From assembly GCA_046094385.1 (NCBI GenBank), contig JBJTHJ010000027.1, positions 5,800 through 69,799 of the forward strand: a DNA stretch of 64,000 nucleotides, in the 5' to 3' direction. Source of the stretch: Candidatus Nanopelagicaceae bacterium. GTDB lineage: Bacteria; Actinomycetota; Actinomycetes; Nanopelagicales; Nanopelagicaceae. Made by a program: the position numbers and the translations under genes. This document shows, piece by piece, positions 50,308 to 63,682 of the stretch (position 1 is the stretch's first letter; each line of letters begins with the position of its first letter). Under the pieces are notes generated by a model. That model had not been told where the DNA came from and ran no database searches. It saw nothing but the letters and a program-made list of their open reading frames with translations.

Positions 50308-52782
50308 TTAATTATTGGGGATAACGATATTTACCAGTTTTGGAGCTTTGGTAATGATTTTTATTGGCTGTACCCCATTTAGCGCTGCGATAATCGCAGT
50401 GTTTGCCAAAGCTTTCGCCTCTAGATCAGGATCTGAGATCTCGGGATCTACTTCGATTCGTTCCTTAATCTTGCCGTTGACTTGTAATACCGCAGTTACA
50501 TTATCTGCAACTAAAAGTGAAGCATCCACAGTTGGCCATCCAGCTAATGCCACAGAAGGTTTATGTCCTAAGCGCTCCCACATCTCCTCTGCTGTAAATG
50601 GTGCAATCAAAGAGAGCATGATTGCTATCGACTCTGCAGCTTCTCGAACCGCTGGATCTGCCGCGCCACATCCAGAATCGATCGCCTTTCGAGTTGCATT
50701 TACAAGCTCCATGATTCGAGCGACCGCAACGTTAAATCTAAAGGATTCCACCGCAAAGGCGGCATCGTGTAGCGCTTTATGGGTAGCTTTCCGTAATTCG
50801 AGATTGCCCGTGGTGAAGTCAACTCCAGGTTTGCTAGTTACATCTCCGGATAAACGCCAAGCACGAGATAGAAACTTAACTGACCCCGAAGGCGAAACTT
50901 CCGCCCAATCAACATCATCTTCTGGAGGGCCGGCAAAGACCATCGTCAACCTGATGGCATCGACGCCATGGTTTTGCAACTCATCAGATAACCGAACTAA
51001 GTTGCCGCGACTCTTGGACATCGCAGAGCCATCCATGATGACCATTCCTTGATTAAGTAACCTTGTAAATGGCTCGTTGAATTTAACCATTCCCATGTCA
51101 AATAAGACTTTGGTGAAGAAGCGGCTATAAAGAAGGTGCAAAATTGCGTGGGTTACTCCACCGACATATTGGTCAACTGGTAACCACTCCTCGATCTTCT
51201 TTGGATCAAATGGCGCTGCGGTATTAGTTGGATCTGCGTATCGCAGGTAGTACCAAGATGAGTCCACAAAGGTATCCATGGTGTCGGCATCTCGTGTTGC
51301 AGCTTGGCCACACTTTGGGCAAGGAACATTTACCCAATCCGCTGCCGCGCCAAGCGGTGAACTGCCCTTTGGCTTCAAATCCAATCCAGCTGCAGCCGGC
51401 AAGGTAACTGGGAGTTGATCAATTGCAACTGGGACCTCACCACACTTTGGGCAATGAACGATTGGAATTGGGGTACCCCAGTAACGTTGACGAGAGATCA
51501 ACCAGTCACGTAACCGATAATTATTTGCCGACTTACCCAATTTCTTGGATTCTAAGATCGAGATAATTTTCTCAATTGCATCAGCTTTATTTAGACCTGT
51601 GATCTCACCAGAATTAACCAATATTCCATCGCCAATAGTGGCAATACCAGATTCATTTGGATCTGGCTCTGCGGTATCAACAACTACGCGCACCGGTAAG
51701 TTCATAGCTTTAGCAAAATCTAGATCTCTTTGATCATGAGCTGGAACGGCCATGATTGCACCGGTTCCATAATCAGCGAGTACATAATCTGAAGCCCAAA
51801 TAGGCAGACGCTCTCCATTTACTGGATTGATGGCATACCGTTGCAGAAATACCCCAGTTTTCGGGCGATCGGTAGCCAAACGTTCGATATCAGAGGCTGC
51901 CTTAACCTCTTCTAGATACTTTTCAAAGCCACCTTTTGCTGGCGAATTTGCAGCCAGCTCCATTGCTAATTCGCTATCAACTGCCACCACCATGAATGTT
52001 GCACCAAACAAGGTATCTGGTCTGGTGGTGTAAATATTGATTGGTTCTGCTCGATCTTCGATCTGGAAAGTCACATTGGCACCGGTTGAGCGACCAATCC
52101 AATTGCGCTGCATGGTCAAGACTTTCTCTGGCCATTTGCCTTCAAGTTGTGCCATGTCATCCAATAACCGATCAGCATAATCGGTGATTTTGAAATACCA
52201 CTGAGTCAATTTCTTCTTAGTAACAGCGGTATCGCATCTTTCGCATAAGCCTGCCACGACTTGCTCGTTTGCCAATACCGTCTGGCAATCAGGACACCAA
52301 TTAACTGCGGAGGCTTTTCGATAGGCCAAACCGCGTTCGTACATCTTCAAAAAGAGCCATTGATTCCACTTGTAATACTCAGGATCACAGGTGTTAAAGA
52401 CTCGATCCCAATCGAAGGAGCATGCATATCGGCGCATCGATGCCTTTTGGACTGCGATATTTTCATAGGTCCAACCAGCTGGATCTACCCCGCGCTTAAT
52501 GGCAGCGTTCTCGGCTGGCAATCCAAATGCATCCCAACCGATCGGGTGCATGACATTAAAACCACGTTGCGCCCAATAACGCGCAATCACATCGCCAAGT
52601 GCATATGCCTCTGCATGGCCCATATGTAGATCACCCGATGGATATGGGAACATATCCAAGACATATTTCTTCGGGCGAGAATCATCACTTCGACCCGAAC
52701 GAAATGGTGCGATTTGATCCCAGATCGGAAGCCACTTCTCTTGAACATAAGCGAAGTCATACGCTTGATGTTCGCTACTCAT
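50308..52782 (-). CDS. leuS: leucine--tRNA ligase
   Basis: 824 aa. HIGH motif [16 protein letters not shown]-type motif [10 protein letters not shown]1 editing domain. Confidence 0.95.
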   Translation of the reverse strand: MSSEHQAYDFAYVQEKWLPIWDQIAPFRSGRSDDSRPKKYVLDMFPYPSGDLHMGHAEAYALGDVIARYWAQRGFNVMHPIGWDAFGLPAENAAIKRGVDPAGWTYENIAVQKASMRRYACSFDWDRVFNTCDPEYYKWNQWLFLKMYERGLAYRKASAVNWCPDCQTVLANEQVVAGLCERCDTAVTKKKLTQWYFKITDYADRLLDDMAQLEGKWPEKVLTMQRNWIGRSTGANVTFQIEDRAEPINIYTTRPDTLFGATFMVVAVDSELAMELAANSPAKGGFEKYLEEVKAASDIERLATDRPKTGVFLQRYAINPVNGERLPIWASDYVLADYGTGAIMAVPAHDQRDLDFAKAMNLPVRVVVDTAEPDPNESGIATIGDGILVNSGEITGLNKADAIEKIISILESKKLGKSANNYRLRDWLISRQRYWGTPIPIVHCPKCGEVPVAIDQLPVTLPAAAGLDLKPKGSSPLGAAADWVNVPCPKCGQAATRDADTMDTFVDSSWYYLRYADPTNTAAPFDPKKIEEWLPVDQYVGGVTHAILHLLYSRFFTKVLFDMGMVKFNEPFTRLLNQGMVIMDGSAMSKSRGNLVRLSDELQNHGVDAIRLTMVFAGPPEDDVDWAEVSPSGSVKFLSRAWRLSGDVTSKPGVDFTTGNLELRKATHKALHDAAFAVESFRFNVAVARIMELVNATRKAIDSGCGAADPAVREAAESIAIMLSLIAPFTAEEMWERLGHKPSVALAGWPTVDASLLVADNVTAVLQVNGKIKERIEVDPEISDPDLEAKALANTAIIAALNGVQPIKIITKAPKLVNIVIPNN

Positions 52783-52822
52783 GGCTCTCCTTATTCTTAA
52801 TTATTTTATTATTTATTTTTTA

Positions 52823-52850
52823 ACTTCTTTGATTTTACTTCTTTGATTTT
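52823..52850. repeat. perfect tandem duplication 2 x 14 nt (ACTTCTTTGATTTT) in the leuS upstream region
   Basis: Read directly: 52823-52836 equals 52837-52850. Confidence 0.9.
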
Positions 52851-52875
52851 ACACTGAACGCTAAAAACGAAGTTG

Positions 52876-52948
52876 TGGACCTGAGGGGACTTGAACCCCT
52901 GACCCCTTGCATGCCATGCAAGTGCGCTACCAGCTGCGCCACAGGCCC
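52876..52948 (-). tRNA. tRNA-Ala (anticodon GGC)
   Basis: Hand-folded 73-nt cloverleaf: acceptor GGGCCTG/CAGGTCC with the G3:U70 alanine identity pair, anticodon stem CTTGC/GCAAG with loop ATGGCAT, T-arm AGGGG-TTCAAGT-CCCCT. No encoded CCA. Confidence 0.9.
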
Positions 52949-52970
52949 TAACAATTAGTTATTGTATAAG

Positions 52971-52998
52971 AATTAAATAACTCTCCCAAAAGGAGAGA
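52971..52998 (-). terminator. Rho-independent terminator after the histidine-phosphatase gene
   Basis: The hairpin occupies 52981-52997 (plus strand CTCTCC-caaaa-GGAGAG, 6-bp stem, 5-nt loop), starting 2 nt after the stop. On the minus strand it is followed by TTATTTAATT. Confidence 0.6.
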
Positions 52999-52999
52999 T

Positions 53000-53668
53000 T
53001 CACTCGTTTTCGCCACCTGATTCTTCGCCAAAGATAGGTTCGGGAAGCGATCCAGAATTATGTTCTACCAACGTCCACCCTTTTGGAGTTGAAGAGAGTA
53101 TCGACCAAGCCGCATTCGATAATCCACCAATCGAACCCCAAGTTGTCATTGGCAGATTGAGCATTGATCCGATGATACAGCGCGCAGTGCCTCCGTGTGT
53201 TGCCACAATCAAAGTGTGATTGCTCTTTCCTGCTAGCTCTTCATAAATGGCGGCAGTAGCACGCGCAGCAACATCGCTACGACGTTCTCCGACATCACCT
53301 GCAGGATTGTCATCGCCATCTATCCATCGGATGAAATTCTCGATATCGGTTTCACGGATGGCATCACCGGTCTTGCCCTCCCAATTTCCACCATCTGTCT
53401 CTCGCAACCTAACATCTCTCTTGATCTCAAGTCCCACTAAATCCGCTAAGGCTTTGGCAGTTGTAAATGCGCGCGATAAATCGCTTGAGATGATCTGGGT
53501 TGGCGAAAATCCTGTTAGAAGTTTCCCAGCTCGGGCAACTTGAGCCAATCCCGTTGAATTGAGTGGAATATCCGTAGATCCTTGAAAGCGGTTGGCGATA
53601 TTCCAATCGGTCTGTCCATGGCGCCATAAAACCACCTTGTTATGTGGGTGCTTATGTAGATCGCTCAT
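53000..53668 (-). CDS. histidine phosphatase family protein (GpmB/cobC-like)
   Basis: RHGQTDWN catalytic motif near the N-terminus, later ATHGG. Start placed at the ATG at 53668 (MSDLHKHPHNKVVLWRHG); the track start is 53710. Confidence 0.8.
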   Translation of the reverse strand: MSDLHKHPHNKVVLWRHGQTDWNIANRFQGSTDIPLNSTGLAQVARAGKLLTGFSPTQIISSDLSRAFTTAKALADLVGLEIKRDVRLRETDGGNWEGKTGDAIRETDIENFIRWIDGDDNPAGDVGERRSDVAARATAAIYEELAGKSNHTLIVATHGGTARCIIGSMLNLPMTTWGSIGGLSNAAWSILSSTPKGWTLVEHNSGSLPEPIFGEESGGENE

Positions 53669-53670
53669 GA

Positions 53671-54033
53671 TTATCTCGCTTCGTTTACATGCAATGGGAT
53701 TGTCGGACAATCATTCCATAATCGATCCAACATGTAATAGCGACGTAGATTCTCAGATTGGATATGGACCACTAAGTCTGAGTAATCAATCAAAATCCAT
53801 TCTTCACCATTTTCACGTCGAACCGGCTTTTCATTTATGCCTTTTAGTTTCTCTTCGATCTCATCGGCAATCGCCTCTACTTGTCTAGGATTCTGTCCGG
53901 TGACGATTAAGAATGCTTCTGATAAGAGGCTCTGTTCGGATAAATCTATGGCCACAAGATCGGTGCCGAGCTTGTCTACGGCTGCTTGTGCTGCCACATC
54001 TAGCTCTTTACGTACCAAATCACTTACTGGCAT
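53671..54033 (-). CDS. rsfS: ribosome silencing factor RsfS
   Basis: DLVAIDLSEQSLLSEAFLIVTGQNPRQVEAIADEI..WILIDYSDLVVHI pattern. Start placed at the ATG at 54033 (MPVSDLV..., overlapping the nadD end); the track start is 54099. Confidence 0.85.
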   Translation of the reverse strand: MPVSDLVRKELDVAAQAAVDKLGTDLVAIDLSEQSLLSEAFLIVTGQNPRQVEAIADEIEEKLKGINEKPVRRENGEEWILIDYSDLVVHIQSENLRRYYMLDRLWNDCPTIPLHVNEAR

Positions 54034-54571
54034 ATAACTTCCGTTCCTGAATGAACTTTCTAACTGAGGGTGAGACTCCATGGACTGCCCGATCTGCACG
54101 AATTTGAGTTGCCGAAATATCTAAAGCTCCGATATCCAAACCATCACTCTCGCCACCCGGACGATCGATTACGATGAAGCTAACCGACTCTTTCAATTCT
54201 GCTGCGCGATGCCAACTATCGATCTTCTCATATGCATCGCTACCGATGATCCAGAAGAACTCATCCTTTAGATTCTGGTCTTTGATCTGATTGATGGTAT
54301 CTATTGCAAAACTTGGGCCTTCACGCAAAATCTCTAGGTCACTTACAGCCACTTGCCCTTTTATCGATTCTGGCAAATCTTCGATTGCCAATTGGCACAT
54401 TCGAAATCGGGTAGCGCCATCTGCTGTAGGTGTACTCTGGCGAAGTTGTGGCGCACCAGCTGGCACCAAAATTATCTTCTCTACGACTTTGCGGGTTAAA
54501 AGTTCTACGACTACTCGCAGATGTCCATTATGTATAGGATCAAAGGTCCCGCCATAAATTCCGATTTTCAA
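54020..54571 (-). CDS. nadD: nicotinate-nucleotide adenylyltransferase
   Basis: GIYGGTFDPIHNGH motif, TTG start, 183 aa. Confidence 0.9.
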   Translation of the reverse strand: MKIGIYGGTFDPIHNGHLRVVVELLTRKVVEKIILVPAGAPQLRQSTPTADGATRFRMCQLAIEDLPESIKGQVAVSDLEILREGPSFAIDTINQIKDQNLKDEFFWIIGSDAYEKIDSWHRAAELKESVSFIVIDRPGGESDGLDIGALDISATQIRADRAVHGVSPSVRKFIQERKLYASK

Positions 54572-54604
54572 TGGGTAATTACCAACTGGATAACTTTTTT
54601 GAAT

Positions 54605-54730
54605 TTATCGATCTAAACGAAGTACCAGATAGAGCAAGAAGCCCAAGATTGCAAATGAGACTACGCCGAATACCACTGGACTTTGGGGCAACTCTCTGGT
54701 GGCCTCTGATAAATGAAATAGCGTTGACAT
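54605..54730 (-). CDS. candidate unannotated 41-aa small membrane protein
   Basis: Own translation gives MSTLFHLSEATRELPQSPVVFGVVSFAILGFLLYLVLRLDR, with one clear TM helix followed by basic residues. It is below the ORF-track length cutoff and fills most of an otherwise unusually large 169-nt gap. There is no obvious SD; the ATG lies 10 nt after the ligA stop. Confidence 0.35.
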   Translation of the reverse strand: MSTLFHLSEATRELPQSPVVFGVVSFAILGFLLYLVLRLDR

Positions 54731-54740
54731 GCAGAGAAGT

Positions 54741-57819
<3,079 letters not shown>

Positions 57820-57823
<4 letters not shown>

Positions 57824-58932
57824 TTTGCCGTCCGCGCTCTGGTTACAACATCTGGCAAGACCTTTAACACCTGATCAATATCGGCTTCAGTACTCTGCGC
57901 GCCTAAAGAGAATCGCAATGTGGCAATAGCATGATCTTCGCTTCTGCCCATTGCCACCAATACATGGCTTGGTCTATGGACACCTGCGCTACAAGCTGCC
58001 CCAGTTGAGCATGCAATTCCCTCCATATCCATCAACAATAAAAGCGTCTCGCCTTTGGTTCCCGGAAAAGTCACGTTAACGATATTGGGTAGAGAATTTT
58101 CTGGGGTATTTATGATCGCATCTGCTACCTGCGCTCTAATTCCTTGGATCAACTTCTCTTTTAACTTCCCGATTTGATCAGTTGGGTATTGGGTAAGCGC
58201 AGCCGCAAAGGCGCAGATGGCGGGCGCATTTAGAGTGCCACTTCGGATTTCGCGCTCTTGGCCGCCACCATGTAAAAGCGCAGGAATATCAAAGCCTCGC
58301 TTTAAGACCAATGCACCAACTCCTACCGGGCCACCGATCTTATGAGCGCTGATTGTCAGCGCCGTTAACCCCGCAAACGAAACCGGAACTTTTAAGAGCG
58401 ATTGCACTGCATCAGAGTGCACCGGAATCTGGCCAGCTAATTCGATCACCTTTGAAATTGGTTGCAGCGCACCAGTTTCATTATTTGAATGCATCACCGA
58501 AATCAGAGCGATCTCAGATTTGCGACGCTCAATAATCTCTTTTAGGAAGTTCAAATCCAGAATCCCATCACGATCTACCGGGATTTCTATTAGCTCAGCG
58601 CCTTCTTTTTCAACCAGCCATTTTGCCGGATCCAGTACTGCGTGGTGTTCGATTGCAGATACCAGAATTACCTTCTTTCCGGATTTCCAGAAGAGGCCTT
58701 TGATCGCCAAATTATCTGCTTCCGTTCCGGATGCGGTAAAAATGATCTCGCTGGGTGCGCAACCCAAGAAAGTTGCTAGCTTCTCGCGGGCCTCCTCGAG
58801 CGCCCTTCTAGTCTCTCGACCGAATACATGCAGCGAAGAGGGGTTACCAATCTCTTTAAGATGTTTGTTGAATTCAGCGAGGGCAACTTCAGAGATCGGC
58901 GTGGTTGCCGCATGATCTAGATAAATTGCCAT
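57820..58932 (-). CDS. cysteine desulfurase (NifS/IscS-like, class V aminotransferase)
   Basis: IYLDHAATTP N-terminus, PLP-lysine motif SAHKIGGPVGVG, active-site loop STGAACSAG. Translationally coupled to mnmA. Confidence 0.85.
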
Positions 58933-58953
58933 TAGGCAATTCTACTTGCCCTT

Positions 58954-59760
58954 TTATTTACGCGTTTTAATCAAATCTGCAGCCTGATTAAGCACAGTGG
59001 ATAGGTCTCCGACTATGCCAAAATCTGCAATTTCAAAGAGTGGCGCTTCGGGATCTTTATTTATCACCACGACTGTCTTTGAAGTTTGCATTCCTGCTTT
59101 ATGTTGAATCGCACCTGAGATTCCGCAGGCTACATATAAATCGGGACTTACGGTCTTTCCAGTTTGTCCTACCTGCATATCGTGGCTACACCAACCTGCA
59201 TCCACTGCAGCTCTTGAGGCTCCGATGGCAGCGCCCAATGAATCTGCAAACTTCTCAACAGCGCTCCAATTGCCATCAATACCTCTTCCGCCAGAGACCA
59301 CGATCTTGGCCTCTGCTAACTCTGGACGCGCACCTTTTCCTTTTGGCTTGGTTGATTTGATTGTTACCAAAGGATGATCGTCTCCATCTAATTTGATTGC
59401 ATCTGGAATAGAACTTGCTGGAGTCAAAGAATTTGGCCTGATCGCAATTACTGGAATTCCTCGTGAGACCTTTGCTTTGACGGTGTAACTACCACCAAAG
59501 ATAGATTGAGTGGTCTCGAATTTTCCGTTTACCGCAATCGCATCTGTAATGATTCCAGATTGCAATTCGATAGCTAGGCGACCTGCCAACTCTTTGCCAT
59601 CCATGGTCGCAGCTACGAAGATAGCCGCAATTTGATTGCTCTTTGCATATTCTGCTATCGCTTTAGCCGACTTTGATTCGACCACAACAACATCGCTTGC
59701 TGCGCCCACCAATTCCGCAGTGTTCTTCGGATTGTCTGCAACTATCAAAACTTTGCTCAT
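58954..59760 (-). CDS. etfA: electron transfer flavoprotein alpha subunit (short N-terminal domain)
   Basis: C-terminal FAD domain IVVSGGRG...VGQTGKTVSPDLYVACGISGAIQHKAGM. 268 aa. Confidence 0.85.
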   Translation of the reverse strand: MSKVLIVADNPKNTAELVGAASDVVVVESKSAKAIAEYAKSNQIAAIFVAATMDGKELAGRLAIELQSGIITDAIAVNGKFETTQSIFGGSYTVKAKVSRGIPVIAIRPNSLTPASSIPDAIKLDGDDHPLVTIKSTKPKGKGARPELAEAKIVVSGGRGIDGNWSAVEKFADSLGAAIGASRAAVDAGWCSHDMQVGQTGKTVSPDLYVACGISGAIQHKAGMQTSKTVVVINKDPEAPLFEIADFGIVGDLSTVLNQAADLIKTRK

Positions 59761-60545
59761 ATCAACTTCCGCTCTGCTAAGAAGTCCACTAATTTCGCAG
59801 CTGCGCTGCCATCATCTTCGATTTTGGTGCCAGCCTCTTTTGGCGGTTTGGCATTTGCTTCAATGACTTCAGTCCAAGATGCGCTATCTGCCCCACCGAT
59901 TGCTGCTAGATCTTTGGTCAGAATCTCTTTCTTCTTCGCCGCCATTATCCCCTTGAAAGATGGATATCTTGGCTCGTTTATCTTCTCGACCACGCTAATT
60001 ACAGCCGGGAAATTAGCCTCTAGTTCCGCTTCTCCGGTATCGGTGATGCGATTGATTGAAATCTTCTTTGCTGCGACATCAACTTGAACTTTATTTGCAA
60101 AAGTTAATTGGGCATGGCCAAGTCGCGCACTGATCATCGCTGGAATAACGGACATTCTGGCATCGGTACTTTCAACACCTGAGATCACGAAGTCATATCC
60201 GCCTTCAGAGATTACTTTTGCAAGCACTTCAGAGGTAACCATCGCATCTGCACCTGCGAGCGCTGGATCGGTGATCACGATCGCGCTACTTGCTCCCATC
60301 GAAAGCCCTTTGCGGACTGCCTCTTGCGCCCTAGTCGGACCCATTGAAATTAAGGTGATGGAATTTTCGCCACCATCATCAACGGTTCCACCATTTGCTT
60401 CGCAGATTCGAAGCGCCTCTTCGATGGCGTATTCATCCAAATCATTTAACACCGCATCAACGCTCTCGCGATCAATTCGCCCTGATACAAATTTCTTCTC
60501 AGCCCAAGAGTCAGGTACCTGTTTTACTGTGACTGCGATTTTCAC
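59757..60545 (-). CDS. etfB: electron transfer flavoprotein beta subunit
   Basis: MKIAVTVKQVPD canonical N-terminus if the second GTG (60545) is used; the track start is 60551. Confidence 0.85.
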   Translation of the reverse strand: MKIAVTVKQVPDSWAEKKFVSGRIDRESVDAVLNDLDEYAIEEALRICEANGGTVDDGGENSITLISMGPTRAQEAVRKGLSMGASSAIVITDPALAGADAMVTSEVLAKVISEGGYDFVISGVESTDARMSVIPAMISARLGHAQLTFANKVQVDVAAKKISINRITDTGEAELEANFPAVISVVEKINEPRYPSFKGIMAAKKKEILTKDLAAIGGADSASWTEVIEANAKPPKEAGTKIEDDGSAAAKLVDFLAERKLI

Positions 60546-60617
60546 AAGCACAGGTTACTGGTCGGTAGCATTTCCGCCTAGCCAAAAAACCTACCGTTTC
60601 AGGGCAGACTGCTCTCC

Positions 60618-62729
60618 GTGCTGCAAGCAGATCCCAGGTTCCTAGGCGCTACCGCCACCGAAGAAGGGACCAATTTCGCTATCTGGGCTGAAGCGGCCGA
60701 TGCCGTTGAGATCTGTCTCTTTGATGAGGTCAATGGAAAGTTGGTCGAAACTCGCTTCTCGCTCTCCCACCGAAATGGACCGATCTTTCATGGCTATTTA
60801 AAGGGGGTCAAGGTCGGTCAGCGGTATGGCTATCGAGTTTATGGACCTTGGGAGCCCGAACGTGGTGCGCGTTTTAACCCAAATAAATTACTGATCGATC
60901 CTTATACACACAAGCTCGATCGCGAGTTGCAATATCTACCTGAAATTTACGGACACCATTGTGAAGATGGTTTTGGAAGTGGCGATACCAACATCATCGA
61001 TCTTCGGGACTCAGCAAGATTCATACCGCTCTCAGTAGTTACTGCATTTGAGCCACGCACCATCAACCATCCCAGAATAAATTGGCAAGATACCGTCATC
61101 TATGAGGCACATGTCAAAGGATTTACTTGGAATAACCCTGAGATTGATCCATCAGAACGCGGTACCTACAAAGCACTTGGTCATCCCTCTACGATCAATT
61201 ATCTGAAACAAATCGGTATCACCGCTCTGGAGTTATTGCCTATTCATGAACATGCAACCGAACCTGCAATCTGGTCACGCGGACGCAGAAATCATTGGGG
61301 GTACAACCCAATCGCATTTAGCGCACCACACCGAGCTTATGCTGCAACTGATGATCCAATCACCGAATTGCAATTTGCCGTAGATCAATTGCATCAAAAT
61401 GGGATCGAGGTGATTTTGGATGTGGTTTATAACCACACCGCCGAAGGTGGACCAGGCGGTCCGCACATTACCTTCAAAGGCATCGACAATCGCAATTGGT
61501 ATAGACATGGCGGAACCGATCACTATATAGATAACACTGGCTGTGGCAATACCTTTAGCGCTGGAAAACCACATGGGGTGCGACTGGTTATCGATTCACT
61601 TCGCTGGTGGAGCCAAGTAATAGGTGTTGATGGTTTTAGATTCGATTTAGCGCCTTCGTTAAATCGAACCGGTGACATGATCGATTCTGCCTTATTTGCA
61701 AGCATCACTGCAGATCCAGTATTGCGACAGTTGAAATTGATTGCCGAGCCTTGGGATATTTCTCGATATTCGCTTGGAGAATTTCAATATCCATGGCGCG
61801 AGTGGAACGACTACTACCGAGATGCAATCAGGCAGTTTTGGTTGAGCGATTTGGCTCGAGGATACGGTGAAGGCGTAAGCGCGCTAGCTTCATCAATAGC
61901 CGGATCTAGCAATATCTTCTATTTTCGTGGACCCACCTCCTCGATCAACTTTGTCACTGCACATGATGGTTTCACATTGAATGATTTAGTCACCTATCAA
62001 GAGAAGCAAAATCAGCCAAATGGCGAAGAGAATCGAGATGGCAATAACTCCAATCGTGCATGGAATGTGGGAATTGAAGGCCCAACAGATAATCCGCAGA
62101 TAAATCAAATTCGAAGCTCACTTCAAAAATCAATGATGGCTACCTTGCTGCTCTCTTCTGGGGTTCCCATGATCACCATGGGAGATGAGGTTGGTAGAAC
62201 CCAGTACGGAAGTAACAACGCTTTTACCCTTCCCATCGATTTGAATATTGATAACTGGAGCGATGAAGCTGCCTGGCACGGTGGCTGGGCTTTAGATTGG
62301 CAACCAGAAGATGTCAAGAAAGATCTCTTACATTCATTTGTGGAATTAAATCGGATACGTAAAACTTATTTGACCGACATCACTTCAGAATTCTTTACCG
62401 GACGAGTTGACTTTGGAACCGAGCGTAAAGATATTGCTTGGTTTAGCCTCTCAGGCAATGAGATGCGGGATGAACATTGGTCAGATGGTGACAAACGATC
62501 GTTAACTGTCTTCCTTGAAGCTGGTCCTAAGAATGGATTGGTGATGCTCATGAATTCATTTGGAGAGACCACCACCTTTACCTTGCCAAGTGATTCCTGG
62601 GGAGTTAGTTATCGATCAATTTTTGATACTTTCTCTCACACTGAGAGTTATAACCCGATCATTGCAAAACCATCCGAGAAAATTGAGGTCTCGCCCCATT
62701 CTCTGCAAATATGGTTGGTTAACCGCTGA
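60618..62729 (+). CDS. glgX: glycogen debranching enzyme GlgX (GH13)
   Basis: 703 aa. LGATATEEGTNFAIW N-terminal CBM48, GH13 catalytic regions DVVYNHT, GVDGFRFDLA, EPWD, FVTAHDGF. Confidence 0.9.
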   Translation: MLQADPRFLGATATEEGTNFAIWAEAADAVEICLFDEVNGKLVETRFSLSHRNGPIFHGYLKGVKVGQRYGYRVYGPWEPERGARFNPNKLLIDPYTHKLDRELQYLPEIYGHHCEDGFGSGDTNIIDLRDSARFIPLSVVTAFEPRTINHPRINWQDTVIYEAHVKGFTWNNPEIDPSERGTYKALGHPSTINYLKQIGITALELLPIHEHATEPAIWSRGRRNHWGYNPIAFSAPHRAYAATDDPITELQFAVDQLHQNGIEVILDVVYNHTAEGGPGGPHITFKGIDNRNWYRHGGTDHYIDNTGCGNTFSAGKPHGVRLVIDSLRWWSQVIGVDGFRFDLAPSLNRTGDMIDSALFASITADPVLRQLKLIAEPWDISRYSLGEFQYPWREWNDYYRDAIRQFWLSDLARGYGEGVSALASSIAGSSNIFYFRGPTSSINFVTAHDGFTLNDLVTYQEKQNQPNGEENRDGNNSNRAWNVGIEGPTDNPQINQIRSSLQKSMMATLLLSSGVPMITMGDEVGRTQYGSNNAFTLPIDLNIDNWSDEAAWHGGWALDWQPEDVKKDLLHSFVELNRIRKTYLTDITSEFFTGRVDFGTERKDIAWFSLSGNEMRDEHWSDGDKRSLTVFLEAGPKNGLVMLMNSFGETTTFTLPSDSWGVSYRSIFDTFSHTESYNPIIAKPSEKIEVSPHSLQIWLVNR

Positions 62730-62770
62730 TTACTTTCAAGTAAAGCAGGTGCGCGTTTAGACTGACGCTC

Positions 62771-63682
62771 ATGCTTGCACTTTTGATGCCAGGGCAAGGT
62801 TCCCAATCGCAAGGAATGTTGTCTCCGTGGTTGAACGAAGAGAACAAAAAAGAGCTGGCCAAATGGTCGCTACATATTGATTTGGATCTAGAGCGACTTG
62901 GCTCTGTGGCTACCAACGAAGAGATTAAAGACACTGCAAATGCACAACCTTTGATTGTGGCTGCTACTTTAATAAGTGCAAAAACTCTGGGATTAAGTAG
63001 CTATCAGGTGGTCGCCGGCCACTCAGTTGGAGAGATTGCAGCAACTGCGCTCTCTGGGGTGTTGTCGAATACCGATGCGCTGGAGTTGGTTAGATCTCGT
63101 GGATTAGCGATGGCGAAAGCTGCCAGCCAATCGACTAGTGGAATGGCCGCGATTTTAGGTGGCCAGAAAGGCGAAGTGCTTAGCGTTTTGGAGCAATTAG
63201 GACTAGTAGCGGCAAATGACAATGGAGCCGGACAGCTCGTGGCTGCAGGGGAATTAGCTGCGCTTGATAAATTAGCCGAGAATCCGCCGAAAGATTCTCG
63301 GATCAGGCCATTAGCGGTGGCAGGTGCATTTCACTCGCAATTCATGCAGAGCGCGGTTTCACAAGTGGAAGAGTTTGTCACCCGACTTCAAATCAGCGAT
63401 CCAAAAGCCCAATTACTATCTAATAAAGATGGAAAGGTAGTGACAACCGGAAAGGATGCGATTGCCCGGATCGTAAATCAAATCGCCAATCCAGTACGTT
63501 GGGATCTTTGTATGGAGTCCCTTATCGAATTAGGTGTAACCGGGGCGATCGAACTTGCACCTGCGGGAACTTTGGTTGGATTATTAAAGCGTGCCACTCC
63601 GACAATCGAAACTTTCGCTTTGAAAAATCCAGATGAAATCACTGCCGCACGTGAATTTGCCAGAAAACATGGTGGCGCATGA
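62771..63682 (+). CDS. fabD: ACP S-malonyltransferase
   Basis: PGQGSQSQGM and active-site GHSVGE motifs, 303 aa. Confidence 0.9.
   Translation: MLALLMPGQGSQSQGMLSPWLNEENKKELAKWSLHIDLDLERLGSVATNEEIKDTANAQPLIVAATLISAKTLGLSSYQVVAGHSVGEIAATALSGVLSNTDALELVRSRGLAMAKAASQSTSGMAAILGGQKGEVLSVLEQLGLVAANDNGAGQLVAAGELAALDKLAENPPKDSRIRPLAVAGAFHSQFMQSAVSQVEEFVTRLQISDPKAQLLSNKDGKVVTTGKDAIARIVNQIANPVRWDLCMESLIELGVTGAIELAPAGTLVGLLKRATPTIETFALKNPDEITAAREFARKHGGA

Noticed and set aside
52783-52875. T-box leader upstream of leuS, and similarly riboswitches upstream of the ABC operon (357-593), amt and rpmB.
   Set aside because: I found no T-box consensus (…GGUGGUACCGCG…) or specifier-loop architecture. I also saw no recognisable TPP, glycine, c-di-AMP or glutamine riboswitch cores by eye.
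58954-59760. Short EtfA (268 aa) as a possible truncated pseudogene.
   Set aside because: The ORF is intact with a good start, is coupled to etfB, and has a complete C-terminal FAD-binding domain. It is more likely a lineage-specific compact N-terminal domain.
62730-62770. Possible terminator TACTT-tc-AAGTA after glgX.
   Set aside because: The loop is only 2 nt, the stem is only 5 bp and AT-rich, and there is no T-tract.
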